A stretch of 64,000 bases of DNA from Zootoca vivipara (Eukaryota): NCBI RefSeq assembly GCF_963506605.1, contig NC_083288.1:33852001-33916000 (forward strand), written 5' to 3'. The notes beneath the pieces are model-generated. The model did not search any database. It was not told the DNA's origin and saw only the letters and a list, made by a program, of their open reading frames with translations. How positions within the stretch are numbered: the stretch's first letter is position 1; each line of letters begins with the position of its first letter. Shown piece after piece: positions 34,481 to 47,330 of the stretch. The position numbers and the translations under genes are program-made.

Positions 34481-37400
34481 TCAGACATTCTCATAGTCCG
34501 GAGTGTCATCTTCACTTTCCCGATCACTGGTGCCACTGCCAACTACAGGAAAATGTAAGAGGACTTAAAATTACGACAGGGAGATATACGGCCCCACTCA
34601 TAGCCCTCAGGCAATTAGCCAGAGAACTGGATAATGAGGGGCTATAGGGAAATTAAATGAGTGTGTTGCTGAAGGGAAGAACTTCCTAGCAGGCCCACAC
34701 AGCAGGCTTTTTCTACTCACCAAAACAAGGACCCAGGATGGTAGCTTCTGGTTCTAGTACGTTGACATATTCACCTTTGACGGCGAGAGAAAATGGAAGA
34801 TTTAATTAAGGTTTAATGAAGGCAGGGAGGTCAACAGTAGGGGGAGCCAGACCCAGTGATGGGTGGAACCAACTCATTCTAGTTTTCTCCACACCCTTCC
34901 TTCCTGCTGAGTTTGACAAGGGCAACCCTGAAATTAAGGCAGAAGAGTCTAGCAGATGGCGATACCTCTTGGACCACTTGTAAGGAAGGAGGTCATTAAA
35001 AGGGGTTGGGCTGAGGACAGACTGAGCTTAGTGGGGAAGTGCTCTGCTTGTCCTGACAGACCACCCTTCACTGCACCCACCTCAGGAGTGCCTCTCCCTT
35101 GCTCAGTCACAGCAGAGACAGCATAAAGGAGCTGGTTTAACTCAAGAAGACCCGGTTTCAAGTCCCCTTTCACAACCACAAAGCTCCTTGATTCAGCCTC
35201 AGGGATGGACACATAAGCAGTAGTTTATGTGGGCCATCTGCTCAGCACAATTAAACCTGCAGCACCCAGCATTTTTATGATTTTTGCCAAGAAGGTGTAC
35301 TGCTTTGCAGGAGCTATGCAAATTATTATACTTTCTTCAAGAAATTGGAAGCAAGGGTGCTCATAGAAAGGTTTTTAAATATAAGTCTCCGGCAACTAGT
35401 GCAAAAGGGTTGGATCCAGCATTGGCTGGATCTTTCAGTTAGTTGCTTCTATCTGCAACCCTAAATGCCCTTACTAGGGAGTAAGCTCGACTGAATGCTC
35501 TGGGACACCAAAAAATGAACCTTCCACCCACCCGATTCTGCCTGGCCCTGATTCTGCCTAATGATACATCTAGCTGTGCCCGGCATGGCGTGTACAAACC
35601 CACCTCCATTTTCAATGCCATCCTATGCCCTCATTCCTGACTACCCGGGCCCCATAGATCTACTTTCCACACTCACCGGGCGAATTCCGCTCACACTCAA
35701 GCACATTCTCATACTGCCCCCCTAGGGAATCTGAAAAGGAAAAATCGGAAGCACTTTAAACACTGCCCTTTCCCAATTGTGTCCCATGTTACTTTCTCAT
35801 TTAGAATCACTGTGATGCAGCAGTGATGGCCAAACATGGCCCTCCAGCTGTTTTGGGACTACAATTCCCATCATCCCTGACCACTGGTCCTGTTAGCTAG
35901 GGATGATGGGAGTTGTAGTCCCCAAAACAGCTGGAGGGTCAAGTTGGCTATCACTGGGTTAGGGTGTTGCAGCAGGACCTGGGAGACCAGGGTTCAATCT
36001 CCACTCAGCCAAGGGGCTTATTGGGTGACCTTGGAGCAGGCACTGTCTCTTAGCCTAGCCTACTCTGCAGGGTTGCTGTGAGGATTGAATGGGAGAGGGG
36101 AGGAGCCGTTTACATCTGAGTTCCTTGGATGTAAGGTGGGAGAGAGATGAATGCTACATTTAGATGACCCTGAATTTTAAGACAGATAGGTTACCACCAT
36201 GCCCTCCAAGAGAACCCCAGCCCCGATGCCAGGAGGGAGTCAGTCCATCCCACCTGCTGCCAACTCACCTGTGGAAGCACCGTCTTCATTGCCTTGATCT
36301 GTAAGTGGTGCATCTGGCAGCACATCACTGGGGAAGAGAAGGGAAAAGAATCTTTGGTGCTGCGCTGATTCAAGAAATAAGCAGTTGACATGCTGAATGA
36401 AACCCAGCATTGCCTGCTCTGACTAGCAGCAGTTTTCTGAGGTCGAGGGCCAACACTGCTTATATATCTTCATTTGTACTGGAATTGCATTTTTAAGGTG
36501 TTTTTAGATGTTTTAGACATTTTATCGTTTGTGTCTTGCCATCCATTTATAACATATTAACTGCTGCTGGTTGAACATTTTTCATATTCCCCTGCCACCT
36601 TCCCTACTGCAAAATGCGCAATTTTTTTCCAAAGTGGATTTGATGTGCGAAAGCAGCGAAGTGCTTTGGTCCGCTGTAGTTGTGCAAATGTAAATTTGCC
36701 AGTATGCAGATTTAGAAAATGGAATCCGTTCTGCACAGTAGTGCAGATTTGGCTGGACTACAACTCCCATCACCCTTGGCCTTTGGCTGTGCTGGCTGGA
36801 GCTGATGGGAGCTGCAGTCCAACAACCACACATTCCCTATCCACTGCTTTAAGCAGTGAACAACACTGATTGAGCAAGCAGAAGAAAGGTGGTATATAAT
36901 CCATCAAGCAGAGATGCTGGGGATTTTATAGATGCAGAGTACGTAGTGTGCCAACAGGTTCCTATGAATGACCCAGCTAAAATCCATTATAAGGTTTGAC
37001 CTCTGACTCCCCCCCCCCAAAAAAAACACCAGACTTACATGTATGGAGGGACATAGTTGTCATCATTATCTTCATCATCAGTGGCACCAGCTTGTACTGG
37101 AAGCACAGAGACCGGATATGCATATGAGCTTACATTCACATATACTGGGAGCCCCCACCCCAACATTGAGCCAAAACCAGCCTGCGGAATCCAGTCACGA
37201 TGAGGCACAGTCAAGTCCAAGAGCACTGCAAAACTGCAGAGCGAGTAGATGACTCATGCAAGTGAGCTAAGCTGTATATTCCAGAAAGTGGCCTTAAAAC
37301 CAATAATTCCTACTCACCTTCACCTTGGTTTTCATAACTGGGAATGCTTTCTGAGATGGGGACATGCCACAAAGAGAAAAGGAGGGCACTGATTAAGCCT

Positions 37401-38096
37401 ACCGAGTGCCTGCAGCTTCCCAGACCAATGCCATTTGCCCCTCCCCCCCGTTTCTATTTCATAGAAGTAGACCTTCAAAAGGCTATTCATCCCAGTGGCT
37501 AGATTCCCTGACCTCAGCCTTTAAAGGCTTTGGTAGGAAAGAAGCCCCCCAATCCCTCCACTTCCTAAACCTTGCAAAAAGAAAAAAAACCCATTTCCTT
37601 CACAACTCACCATTATCCCTTTCAACTTTGTATGATGGTACTGGATAGGAAATACTGCATGGGGGGCATCTGCTGTGATTGTGAACAAAGAGGGAAAGGG
37701 GTTAATACAGGTACGAAAGTGGCCATGGAATAACAAGGGGACCAAGATGATGCTCCCAACATGCTTTTCTTATTCCAGCCATCACCCCCACTTTGACGAG
37801 GAATCCATAGGTGGTGGAAGAATGCCAACTGGAGATATTCTCTGAAGCTGAAGGCAAGTGATGCTTTTGCATCTAAATGTACTGTATATTCCTGCGTATA
37901 AGACTACATTTTAACCCAGGAAAATCTTCTCAAAAGTCGGGGGGGGGGTCGTAGGTTTTTTTAAAATTTTCTCTTATCAACTGCCCCGTGTGAAAGATAT
38001 TAGGGAGGTTTTTTACGTTTGATGTTTTATCATGTTTTTAATATTCTGTTGAGAGCCACCCAGAGTGGCTGGGGGGAAAACAAGCCAGATGGGTGG

Positions 38097-38136
<40 letters not shown>

Positions 38137-38331
38137 GGTGATGCACTGGGAAGGGTTCAGAGTCAGGCTCTTATTTGCCCAAGCATTTTGGAGGACCTCT
38201 GAGCTAGAATTCTGCCTTACTCTATGATGTAAACATCAGAACAGTTGGATGCATTTCACACCAGGGGGTAGGGAGGGAGCATGGATGTCTTTACATGGTT
38301 TATGTTTTCAAACCAGATCAGAGCTGGTTAG

Positions 38332-38386
<55 letters not shown>

Positions 38387-41300
38387 TTTCTCAAGAAACT
38401 ACAGGATCAATGTGGGCAGTGGTGAACATTGTACGCATACAGCTTTACAAACCTGCGGTGACTGACATGCTGATGTTCCCCCACATGCAAAATACATTTG
38501 CTTGCGTGCAGACATACAGTGGTACCTCTGTTTCCAAACATAATCCGTTCCAGAAGACCGTTCTGAGTTCTGAAACATTTGAAAACCGAAAACTCAATAG
38601 CCAACACCTAGGCCTCAGGATCAGCCGCGTGGCATGTTCGACTTCCGAGGCGTGTTCGAAAACCAAAGCATTTACTTCCAGGTTTATGGCATTCGAAAAC
38701 CGAAATGTTCATCGACGGAGTTGTTCGAAAATTGAGGTACCATTGTAATAGAGGGGCAAGGCTTTAAGCACATGTGCTCACTCACAGAAACAAGCTTATT
38801 CTTTGCTCAAAACAGAAGTGTATGGTGTTGGGGATGCCTGGGTGGACAGATGCTCAGCAAGCAGCTCGCAAATTGTTCAGGAATTGCTTACCTCCACACG
38901 TCTGGTTGGGATGAAACGGCAGGCCAAGGTGGGGCTGAAAGGTTGAAGAAAGAGAAGAATGCAGATGCCATCACCTGAGAGGATTACATGAGATCCTAGC
39001 TTTTGGCTCACCTCCCATGCCCCACCCCCACCCCCAAAAAGCAGCAGCATCACAAAGGCCACACTCAAGTCTTTAATGGCTTGGGAGGACCAGGTAAATT
39101 GAAAGGTTATCTTCTCCCACATGCACACCCACTCAAACCTTAAGTTCCTCTCTTCAGAGCCAGAGGCCCTACCTCATTGGCCCTGCCAGGCTACAGGAGG
39201 GGGCAGCTTCTAGGGAGAAGGCCTTTTTGATGGTGGCACCTCTGATCCAAAAGGGCCTCCCCAGAGAGAGCTGCTTGCCCATCAGGTTTGTGGCCTTTTT
39301 GGCACAAGGGGAGAAATTTGTTTTTATCCATCCAGGCCTTTAAAAACAATTTGAATTTTAAAACAACACAAGATCTGGGCTCTAATGGTGTAAGCTGCAT
39401 TTGGTAAATTCCTAACAGAACACATTTTCCTCCAATTTTTTACGCTGTGTTGGCACAGTTTTAAACGTTTTAAAATTATGATGTGTTTTATTTTTGTTTC
39501 ACAAACCACATAAGGGAATATGTTTTGATGGGCAGCCATGGGCATCTGGTAGCAAAGTTTTTCAAAAGTTTTAAAGAAGATACAGGAGACCTCAATACAT
39601 TAATCAGGACTGCTGTTTGATAAGTTTACAATCCCAATTAAAATTGCTTTCCCCTGCACTGTTGTGAATAAATCCTGCTCATTTCACCAGTTTTTCAATG
39701 CGTATTGAATGGTGTGCTTTGTCATTTATATTCTGATGTACACTGCAGTGTGTTTGGTGGGGGAAGTCTTCTTTCTGGTCAGGTAAAATCTGGTTTAACT
39801 GTCAGTGGGGGACCTTAACTGACAGCGGAGGAGGGGCTGGAGATGGAACTCTCAGTATGCAAAAGAAGGATAGAAGATATGCATATTCTGGTTGGTGGTT
39901 GCAGGTTTAGAATGTTTAATTATACAGTGTGATTGGCTGGGGCTAGACTGGGGGACTATAAAGCTGGGTGCTGGCCAGTCAAGGAGCTCAGTCCAGGCTG
40001 GATCACGGAAGAGGAAAGAAGAAGACCTGAGGGGAAGGGAGAGTGGCCAAAGACTGGCTGGGGTAAGTCATGTGAATCACTTGGCTTAGGCTGAAGAGCA
40101 GAGAGGAACCACTCAACATTTACAGCACCAAGAGGCAGTGGCGGAGGAAGAGGGGTGTGGTGGGGGCTGTCCGCCCTGGGTGTCATCCCTGAGGGGAGGG
40201 GACACTGCCCCCCGCCCCCTGGGACATTTGCCATGGGCCCAACTAGCCCCGCCCCCAGCTTGCCCCACCCCCGGGTGCACAGCATGTTCGCTGCTCCGGG
40301 TGCCAGAGCAGCTAGCTCCGCCTCTGCCAAGAGGGCAGGGGTACATGACACTTTTGGCTGCTGGACTCTGGTGTCTGGAATGAAAGCAAGAGTATAGATT
40401 CCAGTACAGTAAAAGAAGACATGTGCTTCTCAGTACATCAGTAGGGGTTAAAACAAAGGCTTCAGTGAAAGTCCTCAGTTATAGTGTTGGTGAGGCACAA
40501 CCAGGGCGAAGTAAATACAAGGGCAATCTGGCAAAAGTGTTTTAATGGGGTAACTAACTGCTTTCTCAAAGCTGTAATAGTAGTGCAAAGTAAGCTTTTG
40601 GAATCAAAGTAAAGTGGTACCTCGGGTTACGAACACGATCTGTTCCGGGACGCAGTTTGTAACCCGAAATGGTCGTAACCCAAAGCGCCATTTTGCGCAT
40701 GCGCAAAGCGCAATTTCTGCGATTTTTGTGCTTTACGCATGCGCAAACCGTGCGCGCTGCTTCTGTGCATGCGCAGAACACGCGCACAGCGAAAATACTT
40801 CCGGGTTTGCGGAGTTCGTAACCCGAGGTGCTCGTAACCCGAGGTACGACTATAACACTAACAAATTAGTACAGTGTATAACCATCTAAAAAGACAGTAC
40901 TATATTAAAGTTACCCCATAAGCTGGTGTACTATAGAAGCTTGCAATACATAGATGTTAATACCTTTGTTAAATATAGTAACTACGGACCACGCCTATAT
41001 CGCAGTTACCATTAGGATTATTGGTGCGTTAAAGGTGCAAAGGGTATAAGTGATATTAAATGCTGGCAGTGGTAAGGTTTTAGGAAAACCACTAAGTGGG
41101 AGTTGGGTTTTGTTAATACAGTCATACCTCCGGTTACGGCCGCTTCAGGTTGCGCGTTTTCGGGTTGCGCACCGTGCTGAACCCGGAAGTCCCGGAATGG
41201 GTTACTTCCGGGTTTTGGCGCTCACACATGTGCAGAAACACTAAATCACACTTTGCGCATGTGCAGAAGCGCCAAATCGCGACCCGCGCGTACGCAGATG

Positions 41301-43247
41301 TGGCGCTGCGGGTTGCAAACGTGCCTCCCGCACGGATCACATTCGCAACCCGAGCGTCCACTCTAAAATAAGTAAGGAAATAGGCCCTATCGCCTCACCA
41401 CAGCTATTATATTAGTCTGAGGGAGGGGGTTCCCAATGAAAATTTGGAGAGGGGAGTCACATGCACAGCAGCTCATGGCTATTAAATAAACAAAACAAAA
41501 CAAAACCCCTGACATTCTCACAAATTAGTATCACATGTAGTTTGCTTCTGACTGGCAATGGGCCAAAAGATCATGCCGTGTTGAATTTAAGAGTATCAGA
41601 AGAGCCTACTAGATCAGGCCAATGGCCCATCTAGTCTGGCATCCTGTTCACAAAGTGGTCAACAGCACTTTCACTTCCTGTGGTTTCCAGCAACTGGTAT
41701 TCAGAAGCATTGTTGCCTCCAACTGTGGAGGTAGACCATAGCCATCAATGGCATTTCAGATCTAAAAGCTGTAAGTTTGGAGCAGAGGATATTGTTAGGA
41801 ATCCTGTAAGATTGTGGCTTGTCAAGGTGGTGGTGGTGCTGAGGCAGAACAGTGGGGCAGATTTGTTCAATGAGACCCCATATGGCTGTATCAGCTTCCC
41901 AGAGNNNNNNNNNNNNNNNNNNNNNNNNNNNNNNNNNNNNNNNNNNNNNNNNNNNNNNNNNNNNNNNNNNNNNNNNNNNNNNNNNNNNNNNNNNNNNNNN
42001 NNNNNNNNNNNNNNNNNNNNNNNNNNNNNNNNNNNNNNNNNNNNNNNNNNNNNNNNNNNNNNNNNNNNNNNNNNNNNNNNNNNNNNNNNNNNNNNNNNNN
42101 NNNNNNGAGACTACAAGCCAGCCTTTCAATTTAAAAATAGTACTGAATGGGCAGCTACTCACAGGGAGGACGTCGTATGTTGAAGGTTTTACTCCGTGCA
42201 CTAGTTGAAGGTCTGTGGGGGCAATGCATTAATCATTCTTCTTTTCACGGACAGTACAGGAATCATGCTTGAGAGACATATCACTCTGCTCCCCAAAACA
42301 GCACAAGAAACTCTCCCCTTCCAGGTTTTGGATGAAACATCAGAAGCTATTTTCTGCAGAGCCAGGCCATTGGCCAACCTCACTCTGTAGAGAACGGCCT
42401 GCACCATGGATGGGGAACCCCGGGCTCTCCAGCTACTGTTGGGACTCCCAACGTCCACCAGCCTCAAGCCCCACCCTCCCAATAGCCAGGGAGTATTATA
42501 GTCTAGCAACTTCCGGAAGGCCACAGGGTTCCTTATCCCTGGGGTCTACACTGACAGACATGGGCTGTACAAGGTTTCAGATCAGAGGCTTTCTCAGCCC
42601 TACTAGGAGATGCCAGGGACTGAACCTGGGACCTTCTGCATGCAAAGCACTTGAAAGAGTAGCATGCTAACACCACAAACAATTTCCCTTTCCTCCACTG
42701 TATCAAAAAGTGGCCTTCATGCAGTATCCATGTGCTTTGCGACTTTGGGAATTGTATATTAGAGTTGGGGTGAGGGGAGTAGACAGAAGGCAGGACCTCT
42801 GTACCTTCCTAGTGGTGCAAAAGAGAAGAAATGCACCTTTTCCTTCTGGGGTAGAAGCTGCCCGTTGCATCTGGCCACCTTAGAACATGCATCCATTTTC
42901 CAAACCCCTCCCCAAGCTCTGGTTTGCGCGCGCACACACACACACATACATTTTACCCCCAAAGTAAACCCCAATCAGTCACTAACTTACTTACTTGTAC
43001 TGGTAATCATCAACAGATGGTGCTGTTGTGAGAGAGGGAAAGAGACACCAATGTAATTAAGAAGTTCACTGGGGGGAGAGCAATGAATGGAGAAGTCGGG
43101 AACTGTTTGCTCCTCAGGGAAAGGAAGTTTGGGGAGGGCAGAAGAGACTTAACTGTCTAATTCAGGGTCCTGGCAGTCAATGCAAAGCACAAGTAGAATC
43201 GCCAGAAGTGGGACAGTAAATGCCAGCACCCAGAAGATGTCATCCAT
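34481..43247 (-). CDS. LAT: Linker for activation of T cells, 11 coding exons, 198 aa
   Basis: Exons (minus): 43247-43154, 43022-42995, 42212-42163, 38934-38892, 37672-37611, 37350-37318, 37096-37039, 36327-36269, 35730-35677, 34774-34721, 34542-34481 (597 nt). N-terminal TM plus CxxC (MDDIFWVLAFTVPLLAILLVLCIDC), then SQPD, SYENQ, YIDVLPD, YENV, YVNV and PDYENV*. Lies directly downstream of SPNS1 on the same strand, as in mammals. Confidence 0.93.
35821..35956. mobile_element. MITE with the same core, third TIR type, beside a SINE remnant
   Basis: CAGTGATGGCCAA...TTGGCTATCACTG ends around the shared ctacaattcccatcatccctgaccactggtc core. Confidence 0.75.
38099..38383. repeat. (AAT)n at 38099-38134 and (CA)n at ~38338-38383
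   Basis: Direct read. Confidence 0.9.
38515..38747. mobile_element. Tc1/mariner-type MITE
   Basis: TACAGTGGTACCTC...GAGGTACCATTGTA. Confidence 0.75.
40136..40326. mobile_element. GC-rich hAT-type MITE
   Basis: CAGTGGCGGAG...CTCCGCCTCTG ends; TSD CCAAGAGG. Confidence 0.8.
40610..40853. mobile_element. Tc1/mariner-type MITE (related element at 41117-41365)
   Basis: GTGGTACCTCGGGTTACG...CGTAACCCGAGGTAC inverted ends; CpG-rich GCGCATGCGC core. Confidence 0.75.
41905..42106. other. Assembly gap (N run) in LAT intron 3
   Basis: About 202 N. The flanking exon phases join without needing a hidden exon. Confidence 0.98.
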
Positions 43248-46200
43248 GCCACCTGCAAGGGGGACAGTAGCAGTATCTTGGAGTCAGGGCAGGTGCAAAC
43301 TCCAAGGCGAAAAACAGCATTGAGCAGCTTAGCGGCACAACATGTCAATAGCCCTGTGGGGAAACAGCCAAATTCAAGTTCTCGGTGTGTGTTAAACAGA
43401 TAATGAAACCAAATATAACTGTTTGTCCCGGTCCCTATCCACCCAGAAAATCCAGCTTATTGAAATGTCTTATTCAGAATTTGAGTTTTGACAGTGTTTG
43501 GGTGTCATAGTGGGTTTTCACACTATGTAGTAGCAGCAGCATGCCACAAAAGATAGCGGAGTGGGGGGGAGGAGAACAGCTTGGGCTTGCTTACATTGTG
43601 ATGTGGTAGCAGCCCCTTCGCTAGGCCCGATGAATGCTGGAATGTTAGGAGACAGGGCAGCAGAGAGGCATTTGTTCTCTCTTCCTGAATGGGAACTTGA
43701 CCATTCAGTATCCAACAGGTAGAGGAAGGAGCGTCTTGGTTGCTGTTCTTCAGGCCAAAGCCTTAGCAGGTGTGGACGTCTCAACTGGTAGACCATGGAA
43801 TGATTGGCAATAGATTGGCAAGTGTTTTTCACTCCAGACAACAGTTAACAAAAAGATTCCCCCCTCCAAATTTAGGTTGTTAGAATCCCCGTTCTACAGC
43901 CACGTGCTAATTTTTATTCATATATGTTCATATATATGTGTGGCTCATGGGGTTCAAGAAATAACTGGCTCCACCCCACTGGCCACTATTTTGTGTCTGA
44001 CTCTGACCCAAGCTACTGTTTTGTGTCCGCCTCTGGCCAGTGAACTGTGGGGTTCTAGCAAAAATCCAAAGTAGATTCTAAAAAAACGCAAAGTTTGCCA
44101 GGCCTGCACTACAATAATGCTCTTCAAATTTCCTATCACGGAATCCTTTTTACAGCCTTCCACTTGCCTGCCAATAATTATTGCCCAATCTGCCAATGAA
44201 GCGCTGGCAAATCACAAAGGAAAGCGCAAGGCTTTTTTTCTGCCTTGGTCAAATTTAAAAGCCCTCCCTCATTTTTTAAAAAAATTTGAGTAGCGCATCA
44301 TGTTGTCTCAGTGAATGCTCTGCAAATTTATACAGTCTAAATTTCATTTTGGCATTTCAGTAAGCAACTCACTGATAGTCTTGTGCACTGTGTTCTGCTC
44401 TAGCTAGACTAACGACTTATCCCAAACTCCTAGGGTATAAACAGATATAAGAATCCCAGTTTAGCCAATGGCTGGCATCCGTCTGTGGAAGCAAAGAAAA
44501 AAAGAGGGGGAGAGAACTCCCAAAATTGTAGCAAAAAGTTATCTTCATGATACTTATATAGCTTAGGCAGGTGCCCCAGCAGGCCTGCATAGCTTGTCTG
44601 AGGCCGGGGCGGGAGTCCTTGGTCGGCTGAGAGGCCCAGGGCGTTTTCTGCATGACAGCTTAAGTCTTTCAGGGCTCCCCAGCTGGCTTAGCCCTCCGAG
44701 ACCTTGGCTGCCCCCTTCCTCTGCATCAGCCTGCGTTCTGGGGGATTTGAGTCCCAAAGAGTTGCTGTTTGACTCTGTGGGTAGGTTGGCTCTAGGGAAA
44801 CATTCTAGGGCTAGGCTGAATACTCTGTTCACTCAGGGCGGAACAACATGGCCTATAGGGCCTCACCATTGCCCTGTGTGCACAGAGATATACTGAGCCT
44901 TACGCAACCTTGTTCCCTTATGATTTGCAGCTGGAAGGCAATCAATAGTGCAGAGAGAACTCTCTTTCAAATGCATGTGCTAATCCCATCGTTACTGATA
45001 GACCACAGAGATCACCACATATCAGCCAGGGAGGCGAGAACAGGAGGGAGCACAACAGAGCGAGCAGTGGTCCTGTGAAAATAACCCAATTGACAGGCCG
45101 CTTAACTGCATGCAGCAGCAGGGTGCACAAGAAATCTCCAAGATGCTGGGCCAAAAGAAAATGGTTGAGGTGGGTGGGTCAAGGCGGCTTTAGAAAGAAG
45201 GGATCCCCCAAATTCAATACAAGCTTGGAGATACAAATGGGGTTCTAGGCTATGATCCACAGTACCTTTCAGCAGGATGCTAATTCACAAAGTCAAGGCA
45301 GGTATACACATTCTGGAGTTGAGCAAGAGACAACAGACAGACAACAGCATCATGGTTTGCCGCAAAAGTGACCACGACGGGGAATAGATAGGGAAGTTAG
45401 CTAACAGAATTGCTTTCAGATGTGTCTATTAGGAGACATTTGCACTCAAATCAATTTTCTTGAGGCTTTTTTTTAAAAAAAATTGCAAATTAATGTGGAG
45501 AACTGAACATAAGACTAAAAATGAGAAAAAGAGAGAAACCCAAATTGATAGGGTTTTGCCATCCCCAGCTGCCTGAAAGGAGCAGTGTATGTTTGTGTGT
45601 GGAGATCTCACTCATTTCCCTAAATACACATAGTTTTGCAATGCAGTTTCCCCATATACAATGCCTTTTCCCTTGTACATGCCTTTTAAATGCAAACATT
45701 ACCCCAGTATACACATTTTGTTATGCACTGCTTGGTTAGAGAATTGCATTGCAAAATTCAGAAGAGTGCGAATTTCAAAAGATGGCTTTGTTTCAGTTCA
45801 TGTACAGCTTCAGTAAGTGTGGATTAGGTAGGTTCACTTAATGCCAACAGAGAAAAGCCAACTGAATTGGATTTCTCCCCCACCCCTAGTCTGTAGGCAC
45901 CTGAGGCAGCCACTGTGTTGAAGCCAAACTGGCCTGGGTCTAGGAACCCTCCCCACGCCTCCTTGAGCACCAGGGAAGAGAGACAGATGTAAACAAAATA
46001 ATTTAAAAATGGACATAGGTTTTGTCAAGGTACTCCAACTAAAAAGATTGCTGTGGACTAGAAACTTAAGTGGATTAAATTGCTGGGTTAGGAGGTATAG
46101 TGGAGACAGCTCAGTTGTGAATGAAACAACATCATAGAGCTGACACTTCTATACTTGGGTGTTGGCATGTCCTGAGACACTAGAAGTGGCTTTTGCCAGC

Positions 46201-46854
46201 TGCACATGGTACAAAATGTGCTTTGATCATTCCTGGTCTAGGAGAATTTACAGTAATTCAGGCACTGGTGACTTCAAGATTGGATTACTGCAATGCACTT
46301 TATGTGGGGCTTCCCTTGAACTGAACCTGCAAACTTCGGTTAGTGCAGCACAGTTGCTGGCAGGAATGAGACCCTTCCTGCAGCCAATCAGAAGCCACGC
46401 TTTGGTTTTTGAACATTTCGGAAGTCAAACAGACTTCCAGAATGGATTCCGTTCAACTTCCAAGGTACGACTCTATCTCAGTGATGGAGAATCTGCTTTG
46501 CATGCAGAAAGTTCCAAGTTTAATCCCAGGCATCTCCAGGTAGGGCTGGGAAACAAACCCTGGGGAGCTGCTGCCAGTCAGTGTTGACAGTAATGGGCAA
46601 GATGGACCAATAGTCTGATTCAGTCTAAAGCAGCTGCCTCTGCGGCTCCTATTTGGGGTATAAATGTTGTTAATAAAAACCTCCACACACAACCATCCAA
46701 ATGTTTTACCAGATACTACATTCCATGCCACATTTCCTACAGAGAAAACCTGTTCCAGAACCCCGAGGTTGTAAGTGAAGGTTCTTTGATGTGCCCCTCC
46801 CCCAGCATAGAAAAAAAGTGTGTGGGAACAGCCGTGGGAGCAAGGGTGACTCAC

Positions 46855-47118
46855 GCCAGTGACAGCAACCCACAGCCGGATTTGGGCGCCAGTGCAAAAA
46901 GCCTCGCTCTGTGTTGTGGGTGCCGTAGGAGGGAATTTGCAGCTGCAACTCTGCAGCTGCAAGGCTGCAATGTCTTGCTTGGCGGAGGGGGAGAAGAGAA
47001 GTTAGCAGAGACCTTCTAGGCGCCACTCATGATTCAGTAGGTGGGAGGGGGCAGGGAAAGGGATGGGGCCTGCGATAAACCTATGGTTTGACACCTCTGA
47101 ATAATGCCAAACTCTCTC

Positions 47119-47170
<52 letters not shown>

Positions 47171-47330
47171 GTCTCCCCACTTCTACTCCCTTGATTGGAG
47201 CACTGGCAACAAGCCAAAGTGACCACAAACCACGAGTTCCGTTACTGGGTGGAAACTGGCTTGTTGGAGGGAACTGGAGGAAAATGGCAAAACGAAGGGG
47301 TGGGAAAGTTGGTTGGGGGCGGAGGGTGCC
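46855..47330 (-). promoter_or_regulatory. Candidate LAT promoter and non-coding first exon
   Basis: Minus-strand donor GGC|GTGAGT at 46854. Upstream lie a GATA site (~47075), a CA repeat, CCAAT (~47194), two RUNX-type sites (ACCACA/ACCACG, 47222-47233) and a GC box (~47315). LAT coding exon 1 begins with an acceptor at 43252, so an upstream exon is expected. Confidence 0.4.
47122..47168. repeat. (CA)n microsatellite
   Basis: Direct read. Confidence 0.95.

Noticed and set aside
37770-37850. Alternative candidate for LAT exon 5
   Set aside because: Weak donor and poor similarity; 37672-37611 has better splice sites and the right phases.
41680-42208. ORFs spanning the N gap
   Set aside because: Artefacts of untranslatable Ns.
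44417-44896. ORFs and GC box as the LAT start
   Set aside because: No TM/CxxC and no good donor; the LAT N-terminus is at 43247. A regulatory role is not excluded.
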